Source: an uncultured Cytophagales bacterium
GTDB taxonomy: Bacteria; Bacteroidota; Bacteroidia; Cytophagales; UBA9547
Assembly (NCBI GenBank): GCA_945957555.1
Contig: CAMFLX010000001.1
Coordinates: 114,229 to 178,228 of the forward strand
Length of the DNA: 64,000 bases
Reading direction: 5' to 3'
The notes under the pieces were generated by a model. The model did no database searches and was not told the DNA's origin. It saw nothing but the letters and a program-made list of their open reading frames with translations. Both the position numbers and the translations under genes were made by a program. Shown one piece after another: positions 30,604 to 40,621 of this stretch (within the stretch, counting starts at the first letter, position 1; each line of letters opens with the position of its first letter).

Positions 30604-32050
30604 ACTGGCAGGGTATTTTATCTATGATGCGGCTGGGCCGCTCACCTTTACGTCACCATTCTTTTTGGTACTGTTCACCATGTTCTTTGGCGTATTCTTA
30701 TTGGTATACAAACACCACTACGCTAAGATCATTTATGTGATGCTGTTTTCCTTGTTCTTCTATTACAAGTCGAGCGGTTTGTATTTTATGTTACTCATAG
30801 CTTCCGCGGTGACCGATTTTACCTTGGCGATTATTCTAGATCGGGCTCAGGAAACGTGGAAACGTAAACTCATCTTGACCTTTAGCGTCATAATCAATCT
30901 GAGTTTGTTAGGTTACTTCAAATACACCAATTTCTTCATTAACCTTTTTAACTTGACCACCGAGAACCCGTTAGATCCATTGGACATCTTTTTACCAGTA
31001 GGAGTATCATTTTTTACTTTTCAGTCCATCAGTTACATTATAGATGTATACCGCAAGGAAATAGCTCCTCTTACCAATTTTCTAGAATACAGTTTCTTCA
31101 TCTCGTTCTTTCCGCAATTGGTGGCTGGCCCTATAGTAAGGGCAAAGGATTTCATTCCACAAATCAAAAAACCCAATGTGGTCAGCTCTTACGAGTTTAA
31201 CAAGGCGTTGTTTTTGATCATGTGCGGGCTTTTCAAAAAAGCGGTGATTTCAGACTATATCAGTACCAATTTTGTAGATAGGATTTTCGACAACCCTACC
31301 CTGTATTCTGGTGTGGAGAATCTTTTGGGTGTGTATGGCTACGCCATTCAGATCTATTGTGACTTTTCTGGATATACTGATATTGCCATAGGAGTAGCCA
31401 TGTTGCTGGGTTATCACTTGCCGATCAACTTCGATGCCCCTTATATCTCTTCAAGTATCACTGAATTTTGGAGACGGTGGCATATTTCCTTGTCCACTTG
31501 GCTCAAAGACTATCTGTATATTCCATTGGGAGGTAATAGAAAAGGAAAATTCAGACAATATTTGAATCTCTTCCTAACCATGCTTTTGGGAGGTTTTTGG
31601 CATGGGGCTTCATTGAATTTCATTATTTGGGGAGCCCTACATGGATCTGCTCTAGGAGTGGATAAGTTCATAAAAGAAAAGTTTGCCTTGAAGGATTCCT
31701 GGCTCTTCAAGCTCATAGGCGTTCTGTTTACCTTCCACTTTGTATGTTTCTGTTGGATCTTCTTTAGAGCCTCGAGCTTTGAAAGTGCCCAAGAAGTCAT
31801 TGATCAGATCTTGTTCCATTTCCATCCGGATCTTTTTGTACAAGTGATTCAAGGATATCAATATGTATTCTTGCTCATTCTTTTGGCATTTGTACTGCAT
31901 TTTATTCCAAATGTAAGCACAGAATACATGATCAGGTATTTAATGACCTGTCCTGTAGTGGTCAAGAGCATACTGCTGTCGCTCCTGATCTTTTTTGTGG
32001 CGCAGATACAGTCCTCAGACATTCAGCCATTTATTTATTTTCAGTTTTAA
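30581..32050 (+). CDS. MBOAT O-acyltransferase (AlgI/PatA-like)
   Basis: LPVGVSFFTFQ, FFPQLVAGPI, IYCDFSGY, FWRRWHISLSTW, GFWHG, QPFIYFQF; ATG at 30581 preferred. Confidence 0.92.
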   Translation: MQPIDLNKLAGYFIYDAAGPLTFTSPFFLVLFTMFFGVFLLVYKHHYAKIIYVMLFSLFFYYKSSGLYFMLLIASAVTDFTLAIILDRAQETWKRKLILTFSVIINLSLLGYFKYTNFFINLFNLTTENPLDPLDIFLPVGVSFFTFQSISYIIDVYRKEIAPLTNFLEYSFFISFFPQLVAGPIVRAKDFIPQIKKPNVVSSYEFNKALFLIMCGLFKKAVISDYISTNFVDRIFDNPTLYSGVENLLGVYGYAIQIYCDFSGYTDIAIGVAMLLGYHLPINFDAPYISSSITEFWRRWHISLSTWLKDYLYIPLGGNRKGKFRQYLNLFLTMLLGGFWHGASLNFIIWGALHGSALGVDKFIKEKFALKDSWLFKLIGVLFTFHFVCFCWIFFRASSFESAQEVIDQILFHFHPDLFVQVIQGYQYVFLLILLAFVLHFIPNVSTEYMIRYLMTCPVVVKSILLSLLIFFVAQIQSSDIQPFIYFQF

Positions 32051-32076
32051 ATAGTTTACATAAAAACATTAAAAAA

Positions 32077-33102
32077 ATGAAACACAAGTTTGTGATAGGG
32101 ATTCTATTGCCTATACTTTGCCTGCTCAGTTGTAAAGAAGGCGCAAAGGATAAAGTAACCAACGCAGTCTACATTTGGAACAGTAGGGAGAGCTATGACT
32201 TTTTGGATACCACAGAGATCAAGTTTTTGAAGAACAACAAGGTTGAAAAACTGTATTGTAAACTTACCGATGTGGCTTGGAGCGAAGAAGAGCATGCCTA
32301 CCCAGTTGATACCAAGTATCTTCCAACAGACAAAATGTTGAGATCTTATTATGAGATTATTCCGTGTATCTTCTTTACCAATGAAGTCATGTTGCACAGT
32401 ACCGAAAAGGAATTGGAATATATTGCCGAAAAAATTGCAGCAAGATTATTCGACCAAGGCCAGTTTACTGAATACCAGATAGACTGCGATTGGTCTGCAC
32501 AGAGTAAAGACAAATATTTCTATTTTTTAGAAAAGATAAAATCATACTTGAAAGGTAAAAAACTGTCGGTCACGCTCAGATTGTACCAATACAAATATCC
32601 GGATAAAACGGGCGTGCCTCCTGCAGATAGAGCCATGCTGATGTTGTATAATTTTAAGTCTCCACAAGTATTAAGCAAGAGCAATACGATATTTGATAAG
32701 GCTGAAGCAGAAAAGTATATCAGCCAAACGCCTTACAAACTTCCTATAGATTTTGTATTGCCCTCATTCTCTTGGGAAATCTTATATACATCCGATGGCA
32801 AGTTCCTGGGATTTATCGAGGACAAAGCATTGAAGGATGACAAAGTGCTATTCAGAAACACTGACAAAAATACTTTTGTGGCTTTGAAAGACACAGCTGT
32901 AAGGGGTTTTTACCTGAGGTCTGGCAATATACTCAAGCAGGAAAGTGCTGGGCTTCAAGAACTCAAGGCGGCCTATGAACTCATCGATGACTTTAAGAAC
33001 ACAGATGCCTATACCGTGGCTATTTTTGATCTGAATACATTCACCACAACGTTAATAAACTCAAATCCCGATGAAAACATTTTTGCAAAAAGCGCTCGTT
33101 AG
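32077..33102 (+). CDS. uncharacterised lipoprotein, DUF3142/GH18-like TIM-barrel candidate
   Basis: lipobox LLSC; EYQIDCDW, LSVTLRLYQ, GVPPADR.MLM.YN. Confidence 0.55.
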   Translation: MKHKFVIGILLPILCLLSCKEGAKDKVTNAVYIWNSRESYDFLDTTEIKFLKNNKVEKLYCKLTDVAWSEEEHAYPVDTKYLPTDKMLRSYYEIIPCIFFTNEVMLHSTEKELEYIAEKIAARLFDQGQFTEYQIDCDWSAQSKDKYFYFLEKIKSYLKGKKLSVTLRLYQYKYPDKTGVPPADRAMLMLYNFKSPQVLSKSNTIFDKAEAEKYISQTPYKLPIDFVLPSFSWEILYTSDGKFLGFIEDKALKDDKVLFRNTDKNTFVALKDTAVRGFYLRSGNILKQESAGLQELKAAYELIDDFKNTDAYTVAIFDLNTFTTTLINSNPDENIFAKSAR

Positions 33103-35389
33103 TATTTTATTGCTTGTTCCTGCGTTTAGTGCCATGAATTGCGTGTATTACTACAGGGGAGATGAAATGAGGGTGAATAACTTCATGGGAAACTTGCTCG
33201 GCTTCGATGCGCTCAGTCGTTTTATATATACAACAGAAAATTATAATGTGGAGGAGGGCTCACCAGTAACCTCATACACTGAGAATATTGATCAGTGGTT
33301 TAAGTACTGTAATGACCCTAGTGTGAAAAAGACTGACATATACCGATTTTTGTATGAAACAGATAACCAAACGTTTATCAAGAACCGGAAGATTTTTGAA
33401 CACAACAATTCCTTTATTAGAGTTATTAAAAGCAATAAAGCTGCTTATGAATATTTAAAACTGATCAATGCAAAAGACAAAGATAGCTTTACCAACACTT
33501 GGGACAATTTTGCCAAGGGGGAACGATATTATTATAATTATACCAATGTAAATCCATATACCTGCGATAGTTTGTACACGCGCTGTAGCGATCGTTTTCT
33601 TAAAAAGCGATATGCCTACCAGTATTTGGTTTGTAGTTTTTACAGACAAGACTCGGCCAAGGTACATGAACTTTTCAAAAAACATTTTGCCAATCCTCAG
33701 AAAGATTGGTTGGATTATTCGGCACAGCACTACTATGCCTATCTCCACCCTAAACACGACAGCCTACGACTGGACTGTATCATGTACGGAAGCGATAAGT
33801 TTTTTGTAAATGTGCAATTGCTCAATACTTCTCCTAACTTCAAAAAGTGGATCAGCAAAGAGAAAGATCCTAAGACCTTGTCTTATCTACTCGCAGTACA
33901 GTCGTTGAGAAACCCAGGGAGAAATCTAGAAGCGTTGGATAAAATAATAACTCTTTATCCTAATAATCGGCTCCTCAATTTCTTGATCACTAGGGAAATT
34001 AACAAGATCGAAGACTGGATACAGACCCCAAAGATCACCGGTTTTGATTCTTTTGTACATGACTCTTGGTATGATGAAGCAAATTACGACAAGAAAAACA
34101 ATTGGTTTGCGGACTATGCGTATTCCAAAAGATTTCTGGCGTTTTTAAATACAGTACCTGTTCAGAAAGATAATGAGTTGTTCTTAAGATTGGCAAATAG
34201 CTATTTGCGTTTGATCTTGAATTTACCCAATGATCCTACTAAAAACATGAACGCTAAGGATTTTGTGAGCGATTCCAAGTTTTATGTACAAGCCAGAGTT
34301 CTTGAAATCTTCATGAAACTGAAAGCAAAATCTTTAGCACCTACTATAGAGCAAGAGGTTTTGGATGTGATTCAGCTTTGTGGTAAAAGTACTGATAGCT
34401 ACTATATGTATCAATTTATGAGGACAGCTTCTCAGCTCATGCTGCAACACCAGCAGCTCAGAGGAAAGGCATATATGCTCTTGGCACAAGGAGGTTTACC
34501 TAAAGCTGTGGGGGATATCTATTATTCATATTCTTTTTATATAGATCTTTTCAAAAATGCAAGTGTGGCCGACATAGATCAAGTGATGGAGGTAATTCGC
34601 AAGAAGGAACGGACTCCTTTCGAAGAATACATAGCTACACTACCAGCAAATACATATTATTACTATTATGATGAATATGATGAACCAAAACATGGCCAAA
34701 TAAGGGAAAATTACGATACACTTAGAATATTGGACACCAAGGCCATAAAATACATTCATAATGATGAATTGGAGCATGCACTAGCAGTCTACAAAACTTT
34801 CCCAAAAGCCTATTGGGATACTTACTATTATGACGATCCATTCACCTTCAGCATTTACGATGGTCACAATCACGGCCATACCGACAAAGCAGGCTATACC
34901 AAAAAGGATTTTCTCGAAAAGTTGATTGTATACAAAAAGCAGCTCAAAACGAATCCTTCCGATGCCTTGCTTAATTATTACGTAGGCAATGCATACCTTT
35001 CACTTACTTATTATGGTAAGAACTGGTATATGTATGACAACTATTGGACTTCCGGTGATGATGGTCGTGTGGCTTCAAAGAATACATTCGAACAAAGCTA
35101 CTATGCTTGCGCACAAGCAATACCTTATTATAAAGCTGCTCTTCTATGTAAAGCTGACGATAAACTCCATAAACTTGTGGCTATCAATCTTGCGTATTGT
35201 TTAGAACGGGACAAAAACAGGCCTATGAGCAAATTTCTTAGTAAAGATCAGAAGGAATTCTATAAAGAAATCCAAGACAACTGTGACCTGTATGCACAAT
35301 ACTTAGACACATATAGGCATGTAGGTTCTGACTATGTGAAAGGAGAAGAACAAAGCGTAAGGCTTCGCAAATTTGAATACTGGTATTAA
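33071..35389 (+). CDS. large secreted helical (TPR-like), Tyr-rich hypothetical protein
   Basis: signal peptide ending near SAMNC; RYAYQ, LITREINKIE, YYVGNAY..LTYYG; overlaps the upstream lipoprotein gene. Confidence 0.7.
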   Translation: MKTFLQKALVSILLLVPAFSAMNCVYYYRGDEMRVNNFMGNLLGFDALSRFIYTTENYNVEEGSPVTSYTENIDQWFKYCNDPSVKKTDIYRFLYETDNQTFIKNRKIFEHNNSFIRVIKSNKAAYEYLKLINAKDKDSFTNTWDNFAKGERYYYNYTNVNPYTCDSLYTRCSDRFLKKRYAYQYLVCSFYRQDSAKVHELFKKHFANPQKDWLDYSAQHYYAYLHPKHDSLRLDCIMYGSDKFFVNVQLLNTSPNFKKWISKEKDPKTLSYLLAVQSLRNPGRNLEALDKIITLYPNNRLLNFLITREINKIEDWIQTPKITGFDSFVHDSWYDEANYDKKNNWFADYAYSKRFLAFLNTVPVQKDNELFLRLANSYLRLILNLPNDPTKNMNAKDFVSDSKFYVQARVLEIFMKLKAKSLAPTIEQEVLDVIQLCGKSTDSYYMYQFMRTASQLMLQHQQLRGKAYMLLAQGGLPKAVGDIYYSYSFYIDLFKNASVADIDQVMEVIRKKERTPFEEYIATLPANTYYYYYDEYDEPKHGQIRENYDTLRILDTKAIKYIHNDELEHALAVYKTFPKAYWDTYYYDDPFTFSIYDGHNHGHTDKAGYTKKDFLEKLIVYKKQLKTNPSDALLNYYVGNAYLSLTYYGKNWYMYDNYWTSGDDGRVASKNTFEQSYYACAQAIPYYKAALLCKADDKLHKLVAINLAYCLERDKNRPMSKFLSKDQKEFYKEIQDNCDLYAQYLDTYRHVGSDYVKGEEQSVRLRKFEYWY

Positions 35390-35404
35390 ATAACAAAAAC
35401 AAAA

Positions 35405-35533
35405 GAGGCTGTCCAAAAAGGTCAGCCTCTTTCGTTTTAGTGCAATTTAATGCTTATTCAATGGTTATATACCGATATAGATCTTTAAATAATCCAATTA
35501 AAAATTTCGTTTTTGACCTTTTCGGACAGCCTC
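35405..35533. mobile_element. 129-bp MITE-like element with 20-bp terminal inverted repeats
   Basis: left GAGGCTGTCCAAAAAGGTCA (35405-35424); right end reverse complement GAGGCTGTCCGAAAAGGTCA (35514-35533), 19/20 identical. Confidence 0.65.
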
Positions 35534-35539
35534 CTAATT

Positions 35540-37144
35540 TTATTCATCATCGTCGTCATCATGATGATGTCTACGTTGTTTACAGTCCATACACTCGAGA
35601 CGTTTCTTTTGTGAAACCCACCAAGTACTAGAAAAAGAGTTTTCTCCATATCTTCTTGAGCCCTGTACAGACACATTGATCCTGTCTATGTTGTTACCCA
35701 ATCGTATTTTTTTGCCTTTGGGCACTCGTACTTCTAATATGGCTATTTGATTGCGAAACTTATCAGCCTTTGGAAAGGAGAAGTAAGGCGAAAGCGTCAA
35801 TCTGTTTCCTGAAAGATCAACTTTATAATCAGTATGTTCCGCTTTCTCTACCGCACTTCTAGAAGTAAGACCATTACTTTTTTTGTGTAAAATGATCTCA
35901 AACTCAGAAGAATCTTCCTTTTGAACAATGTTAAGCTTCGGATAACCTAAGTAGACACGATTACCCTCTACTATAATAAATTCTGAATGATTCCATACAT
36001 CTTCATAAGCCAGATGCGTGGAAAATTTATCATCATCATTTACATCTATGAGTAACTCTTGTGTAGAATCTGCACAAGGTATGGTGTACTCTACCGCAGT
36101 TCTATTTCTGAAATCCATACCAAGATTGATACTAGAAATAATCACGAAGATGAAACAAACAAACCAAACTGCGCCCATGCAAATACCTAGCGTTTTAAAA
36201 GAAGTTTTGATCCCAAAAAGGACCTTAGCTCCAGTAAGAATCATACTTATGATGGGGATCAAAACTACTAAGATGAGGGCAATGAATATAAAGTAGCCAA
36301 ATCCTTCTAAGGGGCTGATCAAGTCAATAATGGTAAAAAGACCCACACCATGTTCAGTATCAGTTAAAGGAATAAGACCACTATGGCCAAAGAATATCGT
36401 AAAAACCATGGGTAAAACAAAGAGTCCACCCACCAACAGAGCAAAACCCACAAGACCAGCGATGATTTTCACAAACAATGATCCAGCTGAAATCCCTTTG
36501 TAAAAGATGTCATTAAGCGCTTTGCTAAATTTACCATTCGTAGTGTTCTCATTAATATTGTTTTTCAGCTTGTTAAAATGGTCTATGATACTCTCAACGG
36601 TTACCGACTTACCCTTCATCTGTAACTTATCAGCAGTTGTTTTAGCCTCAGGTACTATGAAAAACAGTATCAAATAAATCAAGATCCCAAAACCAAAAAA
36701 TATGGCTACGAAAATCCAAAGCAACCTTATAACAGTAACATCAATGTTGAGGTATTGAGATAATCCACTGCATACACCACCCAAAACAGAGTTTTCAGTG
36801 TCTCTAAATAATCTCTTATCCAGACTTTCCGAACCTAGATTCGTGTCTTTACCCAAATTTATTTTTGAGGGTTCTTCAAAACCTTCTGATATGTAATCTT
36901 CAGGTTTACCCATGGTTTCTATCACGAAGTCGATGTCCCTTTCTACGATTACTTCCTTTTGTATATTCCTGAGCTTGAATATTTCAGCGATACGCTGCTC
37001 TATATCATGCATAATTTCTTCACAGTCTTCTGAGGATTTGAAGTTTTTCTTGATGGCAGAGAGGTATTGATACAGTTTTTGATAAGCTTCTTCTTCTATA
37101 TTGAAGACAAATCCTCCGATGTTTACAGAAATAGTTTTATTCAT
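35540..37144 (-). CDS. PspC-domain membrane protein
   Basis: MNKTISVNIGG..F.IEE.AY, DIE.RIAE, RLFRD....LGGVCSGL PspC motif, PEAKTTADKL.MKG. Confidence 0.9.
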   Translation of the reverse strand: MNKTISVNIGGFVFNIEEEAYQKLYQYLSAIKKNFKSSEDCEEIMHDIEQRIAEIFKLRNIQKEVIVERDIDFVIETMGKPEDYISEGFEEPSKINLGKDTNLGSESLDKRLFRDTENSVLGGVCSGLSQYLNIDVTVIRLLWIFVAIFFGFGILIYLILFFIVPEAKTTADKLQMKGKSVTVESIIDHFNKLKNNINENTTNGKFSKALNDIFYKGISAGSLFVKIIAGLVGFALLVGGLFVLPMVFTIFFGHSGLIPLTDTEHGVGLFTIIDLISPLEGFGYFIFIALILVVLIPIISMILTGAKVLFGIKTSFKTLGICMGAVWFVCFIFVIISSINLGMDFRNRTAVEYTIPCADSTQELLIDVNDDDKFSTHLAYEDVWNHSEFIIVEGNRVYLGYPKLNIVQKEDSSEFEIILHKKSNGLTSRSAVEKAEHTDYKVDLSGNRLTLSPYFSFPKADKFRNQIAILEVRVPKGKKIRLGNNIDRINVSVQGSRRYGENSFSSTWWVSQKKRLECMDCKQRRHHHDDDDDE

Positions 37145-37155
37145 TGTAATTGTAT

Positions 37156-37485
37156 TTAAGTGTTAGAGATTTTTTCTATGGCTTGCGACAGTTCGTCCCA
37201 AGTAATTTTTAATTCGTTACGAAATTTCACTCCCTCTTCAGTGAGCGCATAATATTTCCGAGGAGGGCCCGAGGAAGACTCTACCCAGTTATATGATAAC
37301 AGGCCTTCGTTTTTAAGACGGGTGAGTAAAGGGTATAAAGTTCCTTCAACCACAATGAGTTTGGCTTGTTTGAGTTCTTCTATAATATCGGGAGGGTAAG
37401 CTTCCTTTCTGGAAAGTACCGTGAGAATACAATATTCAAGGATCCCTTTCCTCATCTGTGCTTTAGTATTTTCTACATTGACCAT
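37156..37485 (-). CDS. PadR-family transcriptional regulator
   Basis: QMRKGILE, EGTLYPLL.RL, GPPRKYY.LT; start moved to ATG 37485 because a -7 box lies at 37507-37514. Confidence 0.92.
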   Translation of the reverse strand: MVNVENTKAQMRKGILEYCILTVLSRKEAYPPDIIEELKQAKLIVVEGTLYPLLTRLKNEGLLSYNWVESSSGPPRKYYALTEEGVKFRNELKITWDELSQAIEKISNT

Positions 37486-37506
37486 GCTTTTTTGTTCTCG
37501 ATGAAA

Positions 37507-37552
37507 CAAAGGTATGAAACTTTATAGTACTATGCAATACATAGTACTATAA
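37507..37552 (-). promoter_or_regulatory. padR-pspC promoter with palindromic operator
   Basis: TACCTTTG (- strand, 37507-37514); TTATAGTACTATG-caata-CATAGTACTATAA at 37522-37552. Confidence 0.7.
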
Positions 37553-37648
37553 TAAAATAGCATATAGTCTCTAAATATGTCTAAGAGGCATATTTAAGTT
37601 TAAGATATATAAAAAAGAGGTGATGAATGGTAGCTCTTTAAGGCTACA

Positions 37649-39742
37649 TTATGAAATGCGACTCCAATTGGTGGTAGTTTTTTTGAGTGCACTGAGATGG
37701 TTCTTGATATTTCTATGTTCAGGAGCATTAAATTCAGGATCCTTATCCACGATTTCTTGGGCACAGTGCCGAGCTTCTCTTATAATTTCTTGATCTTGAG
37801 CAAGATTAGCAATCAACAAATCCAAGACACCACTTTGTTTGGTACCAGCCAATTCACCAGGTCCACGGAGCTGTAAGTCCACATCGGCTATTTTGAAGCC
37901 ATCTGTAGTGTCACACATGGTTTGGATTCTGATCTTGCTTTCCTTTGAGATTCGATCTTTGTGCATCAGTATACAGTAGGATTTGTCAGCACCGCGACCC
38001 ACACGACCACGGAGCTGGTGAAGCTGTGCTAACCCAAATCGCTCTGCATTTTCTATCACCATTACCGAGGCGTTGGGTACGTTCACCCCAACTTCTATCA
38101 CGGTGGTGGCCACCATGATCTTTGTTTCGCCTTTTACAAAGCGCTTCATTTCAAAGTCCTTGTCGGCGGCTTTCATGCGTCCATGTAAAATTCCAATAGC
38201 CTCATCCTTGAAATATCTAGTAATGGCCTCAAAACCATCCATCAAATCCTTGAGGTCCTGTCTTTCTGACTCTTCTATAAGAGGGTACACAAAGTAGACC
38301 TGTCTCCCGAGAGCAATCTGCTCTCTTACAAAACCAAAAACGACCAATCTGCTAGCATCGGTTTTGGCGGAAGTGCTTATGGGTTTTCTACCTGGCGGAA
38401 GTTCATCTATAACTGATATATCCAAATCGCCATATACAGTCATGGCCAGCGTTCTAGGAATAGGCGTAGCCGTCATTACCAAAACATGAGGATGAATATC
38501 GTCATTTTTTTTCCAAAGCTTGGCTCTTTGAGCAACCCCAAATCTATGCTGCTCGTCTATCACACACATTCCCAGTTTTTTAAACTTTACCTTATCTTCC
38601 AGTAGCGCATGTGTGCCTACTATGATTTTAAGGTTTCCCGATTCTAGATCTTCATGAATTTGCCTTCTTTTGGCAACTTTGGTGGAACCTGTAAGCAACT
38701 CAAGCTGAATATCAAGTTGTTCACAATATTTGCTCAAACCCTGAAAGTGTTGTTCCGCAAGAATTTCTGTAGGCGCCATGATACAGGCTTGTGTATCGCT
38801 ATCAATGGCCATCAGCATACAAATAAACGCAACCATAGTTTTACCACTGCCTACATCTCCTTGTAGCAAGCGATTCATTTGGAAACCACCAGTTACATCA
38901 GCTCTTATTTCTTTGATCACCTTTTTTTGAGCGTTGGTCAAATCAAAAGGGAGGAATTCACCATAAAATTTTTGTAATAGGGGTAATTTGTTAAAGATAA
39001 ATCCCTTATATTTCGTTTTGTGATTCCTGTTTTCGGAGACTAATTTAAGTTGAACATAAAAAAGCTCTTCAAACTTAAGCCTTCGCGTAGCCTCCTTCAG
39101 TTGTTGTGCACTTTCAGGAATGTGGATCCATTGCAGAGCATCTGCTTTGGAAACAAGCCTGTATTTTTCCTTGAGATATAAAGGCAGTGTTTCATGAATA
39201 TCTTTTTTTACGATATCCAGTAGGTTCTTTTGCATACCAAAGATCGATTTGGAGTCTACAAAGTGTGTTCTAAGCTTATCAGTAATATTGTACACAGGCT
39301 GTAGAAAACCAGAAAGCACTTTATCGTCAGTCCAAAGCTCCAGCTCAGGGTGTACTACGTTAAAAGTGCGGCCAAAAAAATTTGGTTTGCCAAACACTAA
39401 ATATTCCTGACCTATTTTGATTTTCTTTTCTACAAAATGAATACCTTGAAACCATACAAGTTCTAAAGTACCAGTGCGATCTTCTACGTTGACTACAAAT
39501 CGTTTACCTTTACCGGCTCCAATGGTAGTTGCTCTAATAACCTTCGCACGAACTTGAACAAATTGAAGGTCTTCGTTTAAATCTCTGATATTTTGGATTT
39601 TAGAACGGTCTTCGTATCTGAATGGATAGTGCTGAATGAGATCACCAAAATTAAATATTTGAAGCTCCTTTTGTAAGAGTTCGCCCCTAATAGGGCCCAC
39701 TCCTTTAAGGTATTCGATATTTGTTTCAAATATATTAGCCAT
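37649..39742 (-). CDS. recG: ATP-dependent DNA helicase RecG
   Basis: RLLQGDVGSGKT, MAPTEILAEQH, DEQHRFGV, MTATPIPRT, QLHQLRGRVGRG. Confidence 0.97.
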   Translation of the reverse strand: MANIFETNIEYLKGVGPIRGELLQKELQIFNFGDLIQHYPFRYEDRSKIQNIRDLNEDLQFVQVRAKVIRATTIGAGKGKRFVVNVEDRTGTLELVWFQGIHFVEKKIKIGQEYLVFGKPNFFGRTFNVVHPELELWTDDKVLSGFLQPVYNITDKLRTHFVDSKSIFGMQKNLLDIVKKDIHETLPLYLKEKYRLVSKADALQWIHIPESAQQLKEATRRLKFEELFYVQLKLVSENRNHKTKYKGFIFNKLPLLQKFYGEFLPFDLTNAQKKVIKEIRADVTGGFQMNRLLQGDVGSGKTMVAFICMLMAIDSDTQACIMAPTEILAEQHFQGLSKYCEQLDIQLELLTGSTKVAKRRQIHEDLESGNLKIIVGTHALLEDKVKFKKLGMCVIDEQHRFGVAQRAKLWKKNDDIHPHVLVMTATPIPRTLAMTVYGDLDISVIDELPPGRKPISTSAKTDASRLVVFGFVREQIALGRQVYFVYPLIEESERQDLKDLMDGFEAITRYFKDEAIGILHGRMKAADKDFEMKRFVKGETKIMVATTVIEVGVNVPNASVMVIENAERFGLAQLHQLRGRVGRGADKSYCILMHKDRISKESKIRIQTMCDTTDGFKIADVDLQLRGPGELAGTKQSGVLDLLIANLAQDQEIIREARHCAQEIVDKDPEFNAPEHRNIKNHLSALKKTTTNWSRIS

Positions 39743-39797
39743 ATTAAATTTTTGGCGTTAAATTTGGTTACGAAGTTATAAAAATAATTCTAAGTTA

Positions 39798-40493
39798 ATG
39801 GCTAAAAAAATACTTGTAGTTTTAGGTTTTTGTTTACATTTTCTTGCGATCTCACAGAAGGTAAGTGTAGTAGAATCAACCGAAAAAATTGGTGATGTGC
39901 AAAGAACAGGAATGTCTATAACGCTCAAACTTAGCCAGAAAATGGTCGAAAATGGCTGGGAGAAATTTTTAAAGGAACATGGTAAGTACGACAGTAAGAG
40001 AAACGAATATACCCAAGAATTGGGAGAGTATAAAGAAATTAGCGGTACCACCGTTAGAGTACTAGCGAAAGTTTTTACTGCCAAAGATGGCTTTGTGACG
40101 GTCTTTTGGGCAATTGACGTAGGAAACGAATACCTTACTTCTAAAAGTAATAAATGGGGTGCTGCTGAAAAACTTTTACATGATTTTGGAGTCTCTATGT
40201 ACATACAAGATGTGAATCAACAAGTTAAAGAAGCAGAAGAGGCAGTGGCAGATGCCACCAAAAAACAAGAGAAAAAACTTAAAGAGGGAGAGAATCTTGT
40301 AAAAAAAGTTGAAGATAATAAAGAGGATAAGGCAAGACTAGAACAAAAACTCAAAGATAACGCACAAGAACTTCAAGAGCTACAAAAGGCTCAGGAACAA
40401 AACAAATTGGATCAGGCTGACGCAGCTAAAGATGTTGAAAAAATGAAAAAAGCTGTTGAAGTCACCAAGCAAAAACTGAAGAACATTGAATAG
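39798..40493 (+). CDS. secreted protein with long C-terminal coiled coil
   Basis: signal peptide; heptad-rich E/K/Q C-terminal half. Confidence 0.7.
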   Translation: MAKKILVVLGFCLHFLAISQKVSVVESTEKIGDVQRTGMSITLKLSQKMVENGWEKFLKEHGKYDSKRNEYTQELGEYKEISGTTVRVLAKVFTAKDGFVTVFWAIDVGNEYLTSKSNKWGAAEKLLHDFGVSMYIQDVNQQVKEAEEAVADATKKQEKKLKEGENLVKKVEDNKEDKARLEQKLKDNAQELQELQKAQEQNKLDQADAAKDVEKMKKAVEVTKQKLKNIE

Positions 40494-40518
40494 TTAAGGT
40501 TTGCCGATACATCATATT

Positions 40519-40548
40519 AAAGGCGCTCCTCCAAGAGCGCTTTTTTTA
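40519..40548 (+). terminator. intrinsic terminator
   Basis: AAAGGCGCTC-ctccaa-GAGCGCTTTTTTT. Confidence 0.7.
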
Positions 40549-40621
40549 TTGAATTTATGGATCAACAATAAACTTGAAAGCTAAGACAGAATGCGTATTT
40601 TTGTGCAAAATATTTTTTCAA

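Noticed and set aside
35440-35676. 63-aa ORFs 35440-35631 and 35485-35676 as a mini-transposase or peptide
   Set aside because: No transposase motifs; they overlap the pspC 3' end and the MITE-like core.
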